DNA of 64,000 nucleotides from Haemophilus parahaemolyticus (GTDB lineage: Bacteria > Pseudomonadota > Gammaproteobacteria > Enterobacterales > Pasteurellaceae), in NCBI RefSeq assembly GCF_018373095.1, contig NZ_JAHAHT010000002.1, positions 34-64,033 of the forward strand. Reading direction: 5' to 3'. This document shows, piece after piece, positions 62,952 through 64,000 of the stretch (within the stretch, counting starts at the first letter, position 1; each line of letters opens with the position of its first letter). Below the pieces are notes generated by a model that had not been told where the DNA came from, ran no database searches, and worked only from the letters and a program-made list of their open reading frames with translations. Position numbers and translations under genes: made by a program.

Positions 62952-64000
62952 AGGATTGATAATGAAAAAAGGTTTTCTGATTTTGCCACTTACCGCAAGT
63001 ATTTTGACCGCTTGTTCGTCTAATTCGCCAGCACCTGTAGTAAATGCTTCAGGTAATAGCGAACTCTCACCAGGAGTAATGCAACCTGTGGTGGGTACAA
63101 GAGCAAGTAATAATATGGGCTGGCAAGCGGCAGATATTCAACCTGTGAATATGCCAAGCACAATGAATAGTCCGGCGGTTTCGACATCAAGTTATCAATC
63201 AACAGCGGTGCAAAACCCTGTTATTCAACGACCTACTCAATCACAAACCACAACTAAAGTAGTGAAAAAAAACAAAACGGTTGAGAAAAAAGTCGATCAA
63301 AACTTTGAAGTTCCACGCGATGCGAACAACGCCCCTATTTACAGCCAGATCAAAAAAGGCTTTTATGATGGCTCTACTTATACTGTTCGCAAAGGCGACA
63401 CCATGTTTTTAATTGCTTATGTAGTCGGTAAAGATGTTAAAGAGATCGCGGCACTCAACAATATGAGAGAGCCATATCAATTGACTGTTGGGCAAAAACT
63501 CAAAACAGGTAAATCGGGCATAGAGACTATTACAGTAGAAGAAACTGTATCTGTGCCATCTCAACCTAAAGTGACTTATCAACAAGGACCAAATGGCACT
63601 ATGTATTCATCAGAGGGAGAAATTACAGGTCCTGTCAAAGCCAGCGTAGGAGCGGTCCCCCCAACAAATCAAAAAATTCAATCATCTATTGAAAAAGCTG
63701 CAAAAAATACTGCTATCGTTGCAACGGCAGCAAGTCCTGCACAGATCAAAGCAACAGAGCAACAGATACAAGTGCAAACAAGTGCTGTCCCAACAAAAGC
63801 AAATAGTACCGTAGCTCTAGATTCGGCAATTAAATGGCAATTACCGACTAATGGACGCATCATTCAAGGGTTCTCAAACTCTGATGGTGGTAATAAAGGG
63901 ATTGATATTGCAGGTCAAAAAGGACAAGATATTCGAGCTGCCGCAGCAGGTAAAGTTGTTTATGCTGGCAATGCCCTTGAAGGCTACGGTAACTTAATTA
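62952..64000 (+). CDS. nlpD: murein hydrolase activator NlpD (LysM plus degenerate M23 domain). Partial: the 3' end runs past the window.
   Basis: Lipobox LTAC. LysM (..YTVRKGDTMFLIAYVVGKDVKEIAALNNMREPYQLTVGQKLK..). M23 start (..WQLPTNGRIIQGFSNSDGGNKGIDIAGQKGQDIRAAAAGKVVYAG..). No stop codon before 64000. Confidence 0.9.

Noticed and set aside
1-64000. CRISPR arrays, tRNA or rRNA genes, and integrase or phage blocks
   Set aside because: No regularly spaced direct repeats, no cloverleaf-compatible tRNA candidates spotted in the intergenic regions, and no integrase, recombinase or phage structural genes. The only mobile-element signature is the deleted IS remnant at 45515..45970.

Overview
This window looks like a Pasteurellaceae chromosome segment of roughly 40% GC. 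The 9-mer ACAAGCGGT recurs throughout, often as inverted pairs that form terminator hairpins. That is the Apl-type uptake signal sequence of the Actinobacillus/Mannheimia/H. ducreyi clade. The genus is not certain. Content is mostly core housekeeping genes on both strands. In order: rpoB (3' part) and rpoC; map; a PepSY protein with an OmpR-family two-component system; glmM, ilvA, slyD; a YagU-like membrane protein; a sulfatase-family phosphoethanolamine transferase; nhaA; a small operon of a DMT transporter, a PPTase and nudF; a TOBE protein, DoxX and a LysR regulator; comF; a fused mobA-mobB, yihD and dsbA; a Slam/DUF560 outer-membrane protein; nudE and cysQ; zwf and pgl, then a GNAT, a hypothetical and an MFS gene, then gnd; holC and tig; yibN, secB, gpsA and cysE; an orphan thiP; ptsH, ptsI and crr; artPIQM; mdh divergent from argR; a yfcH-like epimerase, yrbG and dsbD; pgdX divergent from oxyR; fabR, dapE, an M15 peptidase, rsmJ, truD, surE and a yqaA-like gene; two LysM lipoproteins and the start of nlpD. 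No rRNA, tRNA or CRISPR array was seen. The most unusual element is a monocistronic, AT-rich gene at 10981..11661 encoding a 226-aa protein. It is clearly derived from bona fide FtsZ: the N-terminal MFEP...IxVIxVxxG segment and the whole FtsZ C-terminal domain are conserved. The central GTPase core is deleted, and both the glycine-rich G-box and the GGGTGTG tubulin signature are lost. It sits right after a PepSY/response-regulator/histidine-kinase module, in a region whose far end, next to map, is marked by a 5' remnant of rpiA, which suggests an acquired or rearranged segment. Other observations: an internally deleted IS150-group IS3-family element that keeps both terminal inverted repeats, downstream of crr; an unannotated 34-aa lipoprotein ORF with a canonical RBS and terminator between artP and mdh; an orphan Slam; an orphan ThiP permease; a CRP-S-like competence site upstream of a solitary comF; a family of short GC-rich palindromic repeats, two of which bracket an accessory insertion that splits the zwf-pgl-gnd cluster; and a partial duplication of the NlpD N-terminus as a separate tiny lipoprotein gene.
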